From: Utricularia gibba
Lineage: Eukaryota > Plantae > Magnoliophyta
Assembly (NCBI GenBank): GCA_002189035.1
Contig: NEEC01000018.1
Coordinates: 1,488,001-1,552,000 of the forward strand
Direction of reading: 5' to 3'
Length of the DNA: 64,000 nt
How positions within the stretch are numbered: the first letter of the stretch is position 1; each line of letters starts with the position of its first letter. Shown here piece after piece: positions 1 to 13,174 of the stretch. The position numbers and the translations under genes are program-made. The notes beneath the pieces were generated by a model. It saw nothing but the letters and a program-made list of their open reading frames with translations, ran no database searches and was not told where the DNA came from.

Positions 1-8
1 ACTGTTAC

Positions 9-1009
9 CTCAAATATAACAAGACCAAGAGCCGCCCACTTGAATATTTCCCAATTATCCTTCAGGAAATCATAAATTTGATCGAAGTTTCCAGTTTTAT
101 CACGTGGGATTTCCTGTCCATCCATTAGACATTAAACTTGAACAACAAATAATGAGTCCGGAGGGAAAAATGGAGATGCTAACCTCTTTCCAGCCCTTGT
201 CGAAGAATATAAATGCTGCCAAACCCAGCTCTAGTAATATGAGCAATACCACAAACACAGAATACTTTATTATGTTAAGAAACCAATGGGTCCACAGCAA
301 AAAGTAGAATCTACACCTTGAAAATTCTGATAACAATCAGAGTAGAATGAGGAGCTCAAAAGAATATCTTACACTAAGTGCAAAGCATCATCTCCATTAA
401 AAAAAGAAAGAAAAGAAAGGAAAAAAACAAGCGAGAGAAGATTCTTTATAAAAATTAAGAGATCTAACTTTTAGATAAACAATCATGCAAGGATACGCAA
501 CTCAGACAGCATCTATTCCTCATTGACGCTCCAATGCAACCAAAACAAGAAATTAAGAGAACAACTACACCAACGCCTGTGAACAGATATATGAACCTGC
601 AAGTAAAGAATGAAGGGCCTGTTGAGTGAGCAAGGAAATACATTCTCAAACTTCATTATCCTTTATCTTCCTTCATTTTGGCTGACTACTCTCAGAATGC
701 TTATTCTATTAGAAAGTGACAATCTATGTGGCATACGAAAATGAAATAGAAAACCAAGTAAATGCCATACCATGCCCTTGGCAATTTGTCAAAAATGTTA
801 TCAGCCAAAGACACGGCCATTAGCATAGGGCGACCAAGCAAGATGGCCTCCGTACTTGAGGGAGGAAATGCGACATCATCGCCGCCGGAACCCGCATTCT
901 TGTACTCCACAAAGAGGTATATACCATAACCAATCATTGCCAAGCCCACGAGAAGTAAAAGAAAATTCAAAAGCTTCAACAGGCATTCCCAAAACCCCCT
1001 ACACGCCAT
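9..1009 (-). CDS. TOM2A: Tetraspanin-like tobamovirus multiplication protein 2A (TOM2A/TET18-20 family); 3' end runs off the window
   Basis: Starts MACRGFWECLLKLLNFLLLLVG. GT-AG exons at about 1009-771, 596-497, 264-184 and 113-9 join in frame: ...RAW/FIYLFTGVG...CCLSC/YSVFVVLL...GWKE/EIPRDKTGNFDQIYDFL... Confidence 0.9.
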
Positions 1010-3706
1010 GCTTCAAAATCTTATCTTTTTCCTCTGTAGCTCTTTACTTCCTGCATATGCATATGCCCAACATAAGAATTTAACATTGCAAATCAAGAAT
1101 CCGAAACAATACCCCTCCAGCTACACGAACCTAAGGAACACATTAAAATTACCCCCCCCCTCCCCAGATTCAAGACAAATTAAACTGAAAACGCAAAAGA
1201 AACCGCATCTCCAGAATCGATCATGAACCAAGGAACCAAATACTCAACATTGGAAACATGCAAGCGCAAACCTCTCAAACACAACGAAACCCAACCGAGA
1301 AAAGCCGTGAGAGTCTCACGAATTGCAATGATCGAAGAGCAAGAGGGATCTCACACCCCCCATCGAAGACAATAAAGAAGCGACAGACGAGAGATGGACA
1401 CGGATCAACGTCCCAAGTGCCAAATTCCAAGCTGTCCATTTTTTATCCATATTTCAACAAATAACCGGAAAAATGAATAGCTATAGACATACCGAGCTCC
1501 TTCCACTTGCCTCTCTCTCTCTCGAGACGTACCGTGACCGCATGCCATCGGAATTCATCAATTCCATCGTTCCCGCTGCCCAGAAGCAAACAGAACCAGT
1601 ACCACAGCATCATCGGATGCTTCCTGTTTGCTACTAAAAATTATTTTTAAAAATAATTGTATTGATTTAATCCTTTTAAAAATGGAATGAATTTTGTATA
1701 ATCAATTTAGGAAATTATAAATACATTATAAAAAATAAAAAATAAAAAATAAGTTTTCAATATGACTTAAATTTTCTCTATCATAACAGAATTATATTTG
1801 AATTATAAAATTTCAAAAAATGAATTATTCGAATTAAATGGGATCTTCTAATGTTTTATTAAATACCGGTACAATAAATTTAAAATTTGAAATTTCAACC
1901 CCCTCAATCTCTATGGAGTGGATTGGGGCCTTTTTTTTAGTTTTTTTCTTTAATTTCATGTTATAAAAATAAGGGAAAAGCGCTTTATTTCCACTTTTAA
2001 GTCATTCAAATGGTGGTATAATTTGAATTTGAATTTTTTTTAGTATGACATTAAGGGCCTGTTCTATTTATTTAATTTACTGAAATAACTTTTTAAAATT
2101 TTTGGAAAGTCTAATATTTAACTTTTATAGCAAATTCAAAAATTCAAAACTTTTGATTATTTTTAAAAATTATTGGATTTAATATCTGTTTTATTGATTA
2201 AATAAAAAATTATAGTATTCATTTTTTATTTTAAAATATATTTTACATAATAATTTAATATATATAAAAATTTATTTTTTCCTATAAATTTTTTTTTCAC
2301 AATTTCAAAATTTATTTTATTTACATAATTTCAAAATTTATTTAATTTCATAGACATGGTTTCAAACTACAACATGCTCTAGGTTTTACAGAAACGTTTT
2401 ATAAATGGCTTTTTAGAACAATTTTAACATAAATATTAAAAAATTGGAAGCAATTATGATTTTTAAGAAGTTATACAATTTCAATTTATTATTCTTTTAA
2501 AAATAATTCTTTAAAAATTGATTTTAAAAAGCTGAAAGAAAGAGGGAGAAGACGACAAAAGCAGAACACGGTGGCGGTATCCTTAATAGGAGGAAGCCGC
2601 GTGTCCTGAACCCCGATCCGTGTCCGATTCCCTATCCCGAGTCCGGCAATTTCTTTTTCCAGAAAAACGATAAAATTCTAAATTCGATACTGGGGCCCGC
2701 CGGTTCAAAATATTTGAAAATCAAAGTCAGCACCTTCCCAACTAAAAACTCATTCAAATGTCTCTCCCTCTCTCTATCCTCTGTAGGCAATGATCCCATG
2801 CTTCGCGCCTACCTGCACCAACAAATCAGTTACGCGCGGACGCACCGCACCTCCCTATGGTGCACCAGAGGATCATCTTGAATTTATATTTTCTTTATTA
2901 TAAATTGAACATTGATTCTTAGGGTAATTTTTTGTAAATTTGTTTTTTTATTTTATTTTTCGTTCAACTTTTGTTCACTAGTCATATGGTTTTTTTGTTA
3001 TTACATGATTAATAGGTTGTTTGATAATATAATATAAAATATTATATCTAAATTTATATATAAATTATTGTTTGATTAACTAGTATATGTATATTAGTCT
3101 TGTATGAATGTATTATTAACATATTCATTTTTTGAAAATATAATTGATATATACAACTCAAGACGGAGATTAATTATATTTATATTACTTATATATTCAT
3201 ATTTTTATTTTTAAATATTAAATATTATATATATACTTAGTTATACTATATTTAAATATATCGATATTCTAATATCAAGCCACATCTAATCATGATTATT
3301 TTAATTAAAGAATATATATATGAGTATTTAAATAAAAATAATTAATTTTTCAGGGGATGAGACACAGAGGATTGCAACCCAAGATCTTTCTACTTCAGCC
3401 CTCTGACTCTCTCTTTCACTACTCGCTCGCTCCCTCTCTCGCTCGAGAAACTAGGACGCAGAAGCTGCTCTCGCCTGCTGTAACGTCTCCACCCGCTTCA
3501 CTCTCTTTGTTCTTCTGGAGATGCGCACTGGGAAAGGTGGCGACTTGGGGGAGATAGTAAGAGAGGGGCGGGGAATTTCCTTTTTCTTGAGCTTGATTTA
3601 ATGTCGAATTATCAAAGCAAGGCTCTTTCTTCTGTCATTTGTTGTTGGTTCTCTGTGGGCATTTCGGTTTAGGGGTTCTGGAGACGGGGATGAGTCGGCG
3701 GATTTA

Positions 3707-6700
3707 ATGGGTGCGGGGTTTTCGCAGGTTATTCGATGTTTCAATCCGGGAAATGGTGGGAGCCAGTCAGAACCGGATACCCGTTGCAATGAAAATGCTC
3801 CAGTTGACGAAAACCTTGGCCACTCCTTTTGCTACGTTCGTTCCTCGGCCCGATTTATTTCCCCGACTCACTCCGATCGCTTTGTTTCCCCTTCCCAGTC
3901 TTTCCGGTTTGACGAGCCGAGCCAGCAGAAACCGCCTTCGAAGTGTGTCGTTCAGGACACGGGGTTCCGAGCTATATCTGGAGCTTCTGTGAGTGCAAAC
4001 TCGTCCACTCCTATAACTGTGCTTCAACTTGATAATGTCAACGACGGCCCCAATCATTTGAGCTCTACGAGTGGCAGCACAAGGGTTTTCCTGCTGGGGT
4101 TCCTAAATTTTCTGGCAATAATGTTATGCTTGACGGCTTTGAGAGCACTTCGTCGTTTAGTGCATTGCCACTGCAGCGGCTGCCTCGCGGCGCTGAGCTC
4201 TCTTCGGGTCTGCAAGAAAGGACTTTCTTCATGTCTGGTCCAATTGAGCGCTTGACTGTCTCTGGGCCTCTGGATGGAGCTTGTTCTGATTATACTGGTG
4301 GCGGAGTGCCTTTCTCGGCCCCTCTTGGTGACATTTCCTCAAAAAAGAGGAGGAAGAAGAAGGGCATTTCTAAGATAAGGAAGGCATTGTCCAGAAATTT
4401 CTCTATGCCCCTGTTCAGAATCAGGTAAAGAGATTAGGGAAGGATATTCCTCCTGAAATCGATAACTACAAACAGACGCTGGATATCTATTCTGAGGGAA
4501 ATGTTCAATGGGCGTTGGGAAAGCTGGCGAGGATCGAGTTCATGTGGTTGTGTCAGAGGAGCTGGGGTGGTTGTTTGTTGGTATTTATGATGGATTCAAT
4601 GGACCTGACGCCCCGGAATTTCTGATGAGCCGTTTGTACAAATCAATGTTTAGACACTTAGAAGGTTTATTTTGGGCGACTGCGGATCCAGGCATAGAAT
4701 CGGATGTTACCAGTGTTGCTCAAAATTCTTGTCCATTAGAGAATAAGGAGGACAGGGAAACACAAAAAATTAAGAAGGTGATGTTTGGAGGTCAAGAAAT
4801 GGTGAGTAGGAGGAGGCTATGGAATTCCTGGTTGATGATCATCCAGAAGATGGACTGGATTTATCAGGCTCTCAAAGATTTTCGTTCACCGTAGATGATG
4901 CGTTAAGTGTGAATAATGTAGGTTCAGCTGTGGCTAGGAGGTCTTTATTTCTGTCTAAGCTTAAACATGGCTTGCTGAATAGGCATAAGGATAAGGATGG
5001 TGGTAGAATGTTTCCATGGAGATTTTGGTCGGAGGTGAAACATAAAACAGCAGATGAAAACAGGGATGCGTATGCAGCTGATGATTTGGAAATGGAGATG
5101 GAGAGAACGAATGGAATTGAAATGAAGCAAAAGTTAGCTGTGGTCGATCACGAGTTGGTCTTGAGAGCAATGGCCAGAGCACTTGATGAGACCGAACATG
5201 CATACTTGGAATTAACTGACAATCTCCTTGATCGTTACCCGGAGCTGGCATTGATGGGATCATGCTTATTGGTCGTGTTGATGAGGGATGAGGATGTGTA
5301 TGTAATGAATCTTGGCGACAGTCGAGCCATTGTAGCACAACTCGTGCCTGAAGGAGTTACTTGTGGTACAGCAGAACCAGTGGTCCCTGGAATTGATGCC
5401 TTTGACCGTGGGAGTATAGTTGAAGAAAGTGGTATGGTTAATGGAAGTGGGGATGAACCAACTGAAGCTCATTCTCATCATTCTATGCGGTTGACTGCAC
5501 TTCAGTTATCTACTGACCATAGTACTAGCATGAAAGAGGTGATTTTTTCCTTATCCTGTTTCATATGGTCCCATATAGTGTGCCTGGGTTTCAAATTTGA
5601 TATAAAAAAAGAGGCATGGTGTATGGCTTAACAATGAATTGAGTCAGGTTAACTAAATGAGAAATGGGAGTATGCTTGGTTGAACATTTGAGAATGTGGT
5701 TTTTAACTATCTTTGGTTTAGATTCTAACGAAAACGGATGAAGTGGAAAAAATCCCTTTTTAAATCATTTGTTCAGTGACACTTAGTATTTTGTTTCTCA
5801 TAATTATATGCCACTTTATAGCCAAAATGTCTTTCATATTCCTTTAAAATAAAATTGCTGACGGATGATATGACATTAGATGGACCAGTAAATCATAACA
5901 AAATGCAAATCCAATGAGTCTAGAAATTTACGACATGACATTTTGTGTTCTAATGTGTGCAGGAAATACTTAGAATCAAGAATGAGCATCCAGATGATGA
6001 CAATTGTATAGTGAATGGTAGAGTCAAGGGTCGCCTTAAGGTTACTCGAGCATTTGGAGCTGGGTTCCTAAAACAGGTTTATTTCATGAATCATTGAATA
6101 AAATATACCGCTTCATGTTTTTTTTATCTTAAGCGCATATTGTTCATGTATTGCTACATCTTAAGTTCAAGAGTCTTCATGTTGGTGACTGCCTGATGCG
6201 TGCATTGTATAATAATTTACATATGCAGTTCCTCTTGGGGTTTTAGAAGCTGTATCATAAATGTATAATTCAGCTGTATGTTATTGCCCCATTTTGATCG
6301 TTTGCATTGCATGATGGTGCAGCGGAAATGGAACGACTCATTGTTAGAGATGTTTCGGAATGATTATATTGGCACAGCACCTTATATATCATGTATACCT
6401 TCTCTTCATCACCACAAACTTTGCCCCAGAGATCAATTCTTGGTACTCTCATCTGATGGATTGTACCAGTATTTTAGCAACGAAGAGGTAATTTCGCATG
6501 TTCGCCATTGTATGGAGAAGTTCCCTGATGGAGACCCTGCCCAGAGTCTGATAGAAGAACTTCTGTCTCGTGCTGCAAGAAAAGCTGGTATTGTTTCTGG
6601 TCCTTTACTTCTGCGGTTGTCTCAATAATGTACTCATGAAATTCATTCCTTCCCAGAAGTCAATGACCCCTACATCTTAGATTACGTGTTATAGCTCTTT

Positions 6701-7067
6701 TGCATCTTAGTTCCTGTACAAGGCTTTCTGATCTCTGCACTGCTCCTATATTCGGTCATCATAAATAATTTCCTGTCTGTCTGTGCAATTTTATCTGCTG
6801 TCAGTCATGAACATTAGATTGTGGGAATGTGGTTTGGAGCTGGTAAAGAATGTCAACTTCCATGTAAATTTGATAGTCAGTTATATCCTATTGTGGTCAA
6901 GTTGGAATCAGTCTTGATACATGTGCTGTGTACTTCTGGTAGGAATGGATTTCCATGATCTTCTAGACATTCCTCAAGGAGACCGACGCAAGTACCATGA
7001 CGATGTTACTGTCATGGTGGTATCCCTTGAAGGCAGGATCTGGAAATCATCTGGCAAGTATGTGTGA
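3707..7067 (+). CDS. PLL1: Protein phosphatase 2C, POLTERGEIST-like (PLL1 type); four apparent -1 frameshifts in exon 1
   Basis: Motifs [41 protein letters not shown](K)[56 protein letters not shown]. Exons 3707-5538, 5963-6076, 6323-6587, 6943-7067. Confidence 0.9.
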
Positions 7068-7699
7068 TAAGTTGATGGCATTGTGATATTTATTCACTGC
7101 GAACCACCACCGGAACCGGAACCGCGGCCAGCTTATCGGCTGTGCCTGGTGTAACATGAAATTTTTGTAGTTTCTGGTGTAACAAGTTTGATTGTAGTAG
7201 GCAGAAGAGGCAGGGAGGGAATGCAGTTGTATCTCTGAAATTTTGTAAAGGCTGATTGGCGTTGTCATTCGTTTGTTCTTCATTGATGAATGACTACTGT
7301 TGCTGCTGTAAATTTTTCATCCCCACAAAAGAATAGGCTACATAGTCATGTTTGTGTCAAGACATAGGATTTAATGAGCATTTTTGTCTCAAAGGTTGCT
7401 GCTTTACCGTTGGTTCGGTTGGCAAATGGCCTGCCTGCATGGATGGCATAACACATGGGGAGCAGGGGCGAATATGGTTTGGTGCATATACAAGGATCGA
7501 ATTTCCTGCTGCTTTTCTAAATGAGCCTGTGCTAAGAAAAGATTCGGATTCATGCTTTGCCTTGAAATTCATGTATAGTTCACTTTCGAGGAAAGGGGAT
7601 AGAAGAAGATTGAAAAGAATAAAAAGAAGTCAGGAGAACATTATGCGTATCTGATACAAGGTTTGGAACAAGGGGAATAGTGGTGATGGGTAGTTCCAC

Positions 7700-8679
7700 A
7701 TACAAGTTCCACTTACACAACTCCAACAGTCACAATCAACTGATGGTAGTGCTTGCGAGGTGGATTCAAATAACTCTTCTGGTTCCTGGATCATCAGCAT
7801 CAACGAGTTGATCGTTGGGAGAAAGGGACAGGAAAGTAATAATTATGTCGTTGTTCATCCTTTGCGTGCCTTTACATGCAGCATCGAGCAAAAGAATAAG
7901 GAAAAGCATTGATCTCATTGCTCTACCCAATCGAATCCATAGTGCAGATGAAGGGCTTATCATTATCACCCAATCCAGCAATAACGGGTTGGATGTATGA
8001 ACCAAACCTAAGCAGCCCAAAAGAAAATAGTGGAATTAGCATATTTTTCATTGTTCAACGAATTGTGCAATTTTAGTCATAAAATTTCATACATTTTGAG
8101 GAAGCCTCATGGACCTTTTCTCTTACAGAAGTGCAGCTTCTGGGCTAGCAAAAGTTGCAGGCTTCATATCCCTCTCTTCCCTCAGCTCATATAGGCTGTA
8201 AGCCTCCGATAACTAATGAAAAATAGAGAGACGAAAACCAATCAGGGATTATACTAGTTTTCCAAGGTAGAGTGCAAACATACACAATCTGAATCCATGT
8301 TTAAGTTTTAGAAAAACACCTAGGCATCATCTCAATCTCCAAGCAAGGAAATATAGCAAATAAAGCACAATGAACAGGCATAATTATACATACGCTTTTG
8401 AGGAAACTCGCTCAAGTTACACCATACTTCCACCCAAATTTCTGGGAAATCCAAGGAAGACGAAAATAGCATGGCGCGAAAGACCGATCTGCTTATCGTA
8501 AATCTTCCGAAAGTCAGTAGCGATGGTTCAAAACAACTCTTTCCCACCATGGCACTCCCATTATACTCAAAAGTTCTGGAAAAAAATTTCAATTTCAATT
8601 TCCCCCAAATCAAGTTAGCGTTCAAAAACCAATTAAAAGGAAAAAAAAGGATAGCAGCAAACAGATCACTTACAGGCAT
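7700..8679 (-). pseudogene. PBC1: Unprocessed pseudogene of 20S proteasome beta-3 subunit (PBC1/2)
   Basis: Mini-exon ATG CCT|GTAAGT, then FEYNGSA-MVGKSCF, TIATDF, LYELREERDMKPATFAS..LL*EKR (TAA where Tyr is expected), FG.Y.QPVIAGLGDNDKPFICTMDSIG and EPEELFESTSQAL.SSVD.DC. Several internal deletions and frameshifts. Confidence 0.88.
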
Positions 8680-8807
8680 CTCTAGATTCAGAGAGAGAGA
8701 GAGAGAGAAAAAAAAGAATTCGGAGCTCTGAACCAAACCAAATCGGGTCGGGTAATGCCGGTTCATTCCCATTGTCGGGTTTTTGTCGAGGATTATTGGG
8801 CATTTGT

Positions 8808-8848
8808 AACCCTAAATTAAAGTTTGATGTTAAACACACGGAACCCTA
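8808..8848. promoter_or_regulatory. Two telo-box-like AACCCTA motifs upstream of the PBC pseudogene
   Basis: AACCCTA at 8808-8814 and 8842-8848, with TGGGC nearby. Telo-box plus site II is typical of plant growth/housekeeping promoters. Confidence 0.4.
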
Positions 8849-8978
8849 AACAGGCTTTGTGGCCGCACATTAGCTAAAGCTCATTTAGTTACTACACAAA
8901 AAAATGATTACAATGCACAAGAGGTAAGCCTAGAGACAAACTGCATACCGAAAAGAGGTTTTGGTGGTGGAGCTTCTT

Positions 8979-11591
8979 TTATCTCACTTGAACAATTCCA
9001 GCAATGATGAGCTTCTGAATCTTGTGCTTCACAAGAGGGTTCTTCAGGTGCTGCTTGGCTGCATGTGGATTCCCCTGCATTTCCATCAAAACCTGTTGAA
9101 GCAATCAGCAACCGGTATCAGCACTTGAAACCAAACGGGTATTTCCCTTTTTCAAGGAAATGATGCTTCAACCTGTCTCATCACAGGATCAGTCAGGATG
9201 GTTTGGATCTCTGGGTCCTGCAGAGCTTTTGCCTGAAAAAGAACCATACTGCTAAGGTCACAAAACTGTCTATTAGTTTGAAGATGAAAAAAAAAATGTG
9301 TGGGGAACCTGTCTCTCTTTTAATTCTTCCGGGCTCACATCTCCACGGCCTGCCTTGTTTATCTGTTCAAGGCATCTGCAAAGACCATTGAAGTTGATTA
9401 TGGATGAGTTCTGAATTTGGGGTACTGACACTTTGGCATTCCTACCTCTTGATACCATCAAGCGATTCCTGATTTCGAGGATCGTGCTTTAAAGCCTCCT
9501 GATATGTTTCTAGAGCTTTATCATACTCTTTCATGAAAAACTGGACAGCGCCCTTTCTGGTATAACCTTTGGAGAAGGTTGGATCCATTTCGATGCATTT
9601 TCCAGCATCTTCAAGACCTTGAGGCAAAGCACCTAGTTTTGTGTAGCAAGCAGCCCTGTTGCTGTATGCCTGCGATTTGATACCACGAGTAATGGTTAGA
9701 CAGATGGGTTAAACGTTTCAAGAATATTTTAGTACAATACCCACCTTATGATCCTTTGGGTTCCTTCTTATAGCTTCTGTATAGTGCTTCACAGCCTCTG
9801 GGTACTTCTGCTCCTTAAAATACTGGTTTCCTACACTTTGTCAGCAAGTAGAACATTTTATTAAAAAAAAAGTATCCACAGAACGCCACTGCTGCGATAC
9901 ACTGGATAATCAGGCTTGTACCTTTTTCCCGTTCTTCATCACCTAATTGAGGATCAAAATACTCCAGCTGTTCAAGTTCCTTCTTAGCTTTTTCAGCATC
10001 GTTCAGCTTCTTCAGAGTATCAGGGTTGCGATGCTCCGTGAGTGCTTTATGAAAAGATTCAATGGCAGGCTCGTAATCCTTTGAACTCTTGGCCAATTTG
10101 ACCAAGGCAGTTCCTTTTCTAGTTAAGGCCCGGGCTACCATCTTGAAATCTGACCTCAATTCCCTACCTCTTTCAACAGCTTTATCACAATCTTTGATGC
10201 AGTCCTCATACTGAAAGAAAAAAAAAGTTCATGAAAATTTCTTTTCAAGCTTAGAATTCTGCACAGCATCGCTGATGCCAGTGCAAAAGAGATAACCCGA
10301 GGTCAAGCACAAAAGACTATCCTAATACTAAAATGGCATAATTCTAAGGAGCTTAGAGTAAGCATGCCAAAGGCCAACTTTAGGAATTAAAGGGACAAAA
10401 TGATGATTCTCAGGTATTTATCTACAGAGAAAATATGATCAAGGAAACCTTGGACTTATAGCATCAAAATTGTTCGTAGTGAAGTACAGTAAAGGTCACA
10501 GTGAACTTATCTGTGACCTCAAACGAGGTTGGGCTACTAATAAACGACAACATCTAATAAGGGTATCAACACACTCGGGAGAGGTTAATACATACAAAGG
10601 AGGATCTCTAACCAGGTAATAATTCTCAAGCAATGAAAATATTGACATGGACGAGAGGAAAAGAATTTTCAAGCAGCAAACCAATAAACTGTACCTGGCC
10701 CTTTTCCAGGTACACAGCAGCCCGGTTGGTTAAGAAAGAAATATCTTCACCATCAAGCTCAATTGCAACGGAATAATGCTGGATAGCGGTCTCAAAATCC
10801 TTTCTTTTATATGCTGCATTTCCGGCTTCCTTCTCCTTTAGCGCTTCCTTTTTTATGTCCGTCCTATCCTTGTCTTCATCCGGTATGTCCATAGCCTCGG
10901 ACTGGATATCCGTTTGTATTTTCTTGGTCATATGCTCAGCTTCATCAGATGCAGGCCTCTTCCTTCCCGGTGAACCAATATTAGCTTCTTGTTCACGTTG
11001 CAAATCAGGACTGCGCTGGAGCTTTACATTCAATAAAACTCCCAATGCTTGCAAAAATCTCTGATCTTTCAAGTACATATTCAAATTATTCGGATTCTTC
11101 GAAAGATCTTGCATCATTTTCACAAAATCAGGCTGCTGAAGATATGCACGAGTGGAGGGTTCAGCAGACAACTTCACCCACATATCTGGTCCAAACGCCT
11201 CCCCAAAGGGGTTTCCGGGACGTGGCCTGGTGCTGCGATCACAAGCACCCTTCGCATCAGCCAACCCCGATTTAAGCGCCTCATTATTACTGTCCACTTC
11301 GAGACCCTTGCTATACGCAGAAACGGCGTCAGCGTAATTGTGGAGGCCCATGTACGCCGCCCCTAGACGCGAGTATGACTTTCCCCAGTCAGGCTTAAGC
11401 TCGACAGTCTTCTGCGCATCAGCAAGCGCTTCAGAGAACTTTCCCAGTGAAGAGTACGCCGCCGATCGATTGGAGTGGAGAACATGGTTTTCGGGTGATA
11501 AACTAATGGCAGCGGTGAAGCTCCGAACAGCTTCTTCAAAATCCCCAGCAGAAAAGGCCGCGTTTCCCTTGGCCTTCGCTTCGTCCGCCAT
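8979..11591 (-). CDS. HOP: Hsp70-Hsp90 organizing protein (STI1/HOP), TPR and DP domains
   Basis: [67 protein letters not shown], ...[11 protein letters not shown]. Seven GT-AG exons join in frame. Confidence 0.96.
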
Positions 11592-12495
11592 AAACGGAAT
11601 CCAGCGCAGCGACGACCGTACACTTGCGAATCCCCGAATCGCGCAAACCGATGGTTCTGGTTCCAGTTAGTGAACAGTTTGGGCCCGGCCCATTTATAAA
11701 ATGGTTTCTTTCAATGTAGAATAGTAGGTACGGATTCGTGAATTATTTGAATACCTAGATTCGTGATTTTAAAAAGTATGGATAGGTTATATTAATTTTA
11801 ATATATAATATTTAAATTATTTTAAATTATTTTAAAAAATACTAAACTAAATTAATTTTTAAATAAAAAATATTGAAATAAATATTGCAACAAATATTTA
11901 TATTTTTTCTTGAGATACATCCAATTTGAGTATGTCAAACAAATTTCCATCTACTATTTGTGTTATTATCATCAAAATCAGAAGATATTTATATTATCCT
12001 AATCAAATAATAAATAAACATCAATAGATTAGAATCAATAATTAACAATTTACATATATCATAACATTATATTCACAAATCACAAATATAAATTCGAAAT
12101 TTCAACATTCACAAAAAAATAATGAAAATTAAAACAATAATCGATGAATGATGATCATTGGAGATTTTGAATGATAGACAACAACATTAATCAATGGACA
12201 TAGTCTATATTAAAATGATACAAAAATATGAAAAAATAAAGTGAATGAGTTGTACTTTTGATTAGATAATTAAATAATAAATTTTTATTATTATGAAATT
12301 TATTGATTAAAAATATAAAAAAAAAAAACTTAAACGTATGGCGAATCCTAATCCACGCCAGTGTGCGTTGGAATCCAATAGGTGATTCCCAGCTTTTAAA
12401 TGGGCTAGGCCCATTGTTATAAAGAGAATATTTTAAATTTATTAAATATAAACATTCAAGTTCACAGACCAGTTACTTTTACAGGGGTAAAACGA

Positions 12496-13174
12496 TCAGT
12501 CGGCAGCGTAGCGGTTGATGAAGACGAGGGCAATGCTGGTCAAATGGGCAATCCTGGTAACCTGGCCGCCCACGGTGGCCTTCACCGCCGGAGTTGCAGT
12601 TCCCGGGAAGTCTTCCATGCACGTATCGTCATCCGTCAGCGCCGCACTCACCCATGTCTGGATATCGTTAATTGCAGATTCGAACTCCCAACCGCTGTCC
12701 ATCTTGTCGATCCTTCTCATGGACCGCTGGAGATTGTCCAAGGCTTCGCTGACAACCTCCACGCACTCGCCTACGCTTTTGGATCCTGTGAAGTTTTGCA
12801 GCGTGGAAAAGACAGAATACTGAGAACGAGCATGTCTGAAACCAAGAAACGAAGATTGTATCAACATATGTATTTGAAACACCTTGTGGGTTGCTCTGCA
12901 TGTTTCTCAGCATGCTCAGGGTGTCCCTTGTGGAGTTGAAGGTGAAGGCCATGGCGGTGTTGGCCAGGAGCTTTGGATTACTCATGATCATTTCAGCATA
13001 CTTAGAAAGCGACTGGATGCACACGTCTGGATACAGCGTTGTCCGGCACTGCGCTACGACGTAGGCCGACTGGAGAGGCGAGCACGACGCATCAGAGACT
13101 ACTCCGGAGAGGATTATCAGCACAAGGAAGGGGAGAAGTAAAGGTGAGGAAGGAAGGTTGGGGGAGTGCTTCAT
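12496..13174 (-). CDS. Plant invertase/pectin methylesterase inhibitor (PMEI) domain protein, secreted, one intron
   Basis: Hydrophobic signal, CRTTLYPDVC, ECVE, DIQTWVSAALTDDDTC (four conserved Cys). Phase-1 GT-AG intron at 12882-12786 joins the two track ORFs. Start may be 13174 or 13210. Confidence 0.88.

Noticed and set aside
2051-2400. TAA|GGGCCTGTTC Tourist-like left end
   Set aside because: No matching right TIR with a TSD was found.
2690-2715. GGTTCAAA T-loop-like motif (also GGTTCGAG at about 13323)
   Set aside because: Flanks do not pair and no tRNA cloverleaf can be built.
10493-10519. Perfect 9-bp hairpin in HOP intron 1
   Set aside because: Stems of this length are expected by chance a few times in 64 kb, and there are no snoRNA boxes.
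11600-11760. Heat-shock element expected in the HOP promoter
   Set aside because: Only loosely spaced TTC/GAA units are present, with no canonical three-unit nGAAn array I can support.
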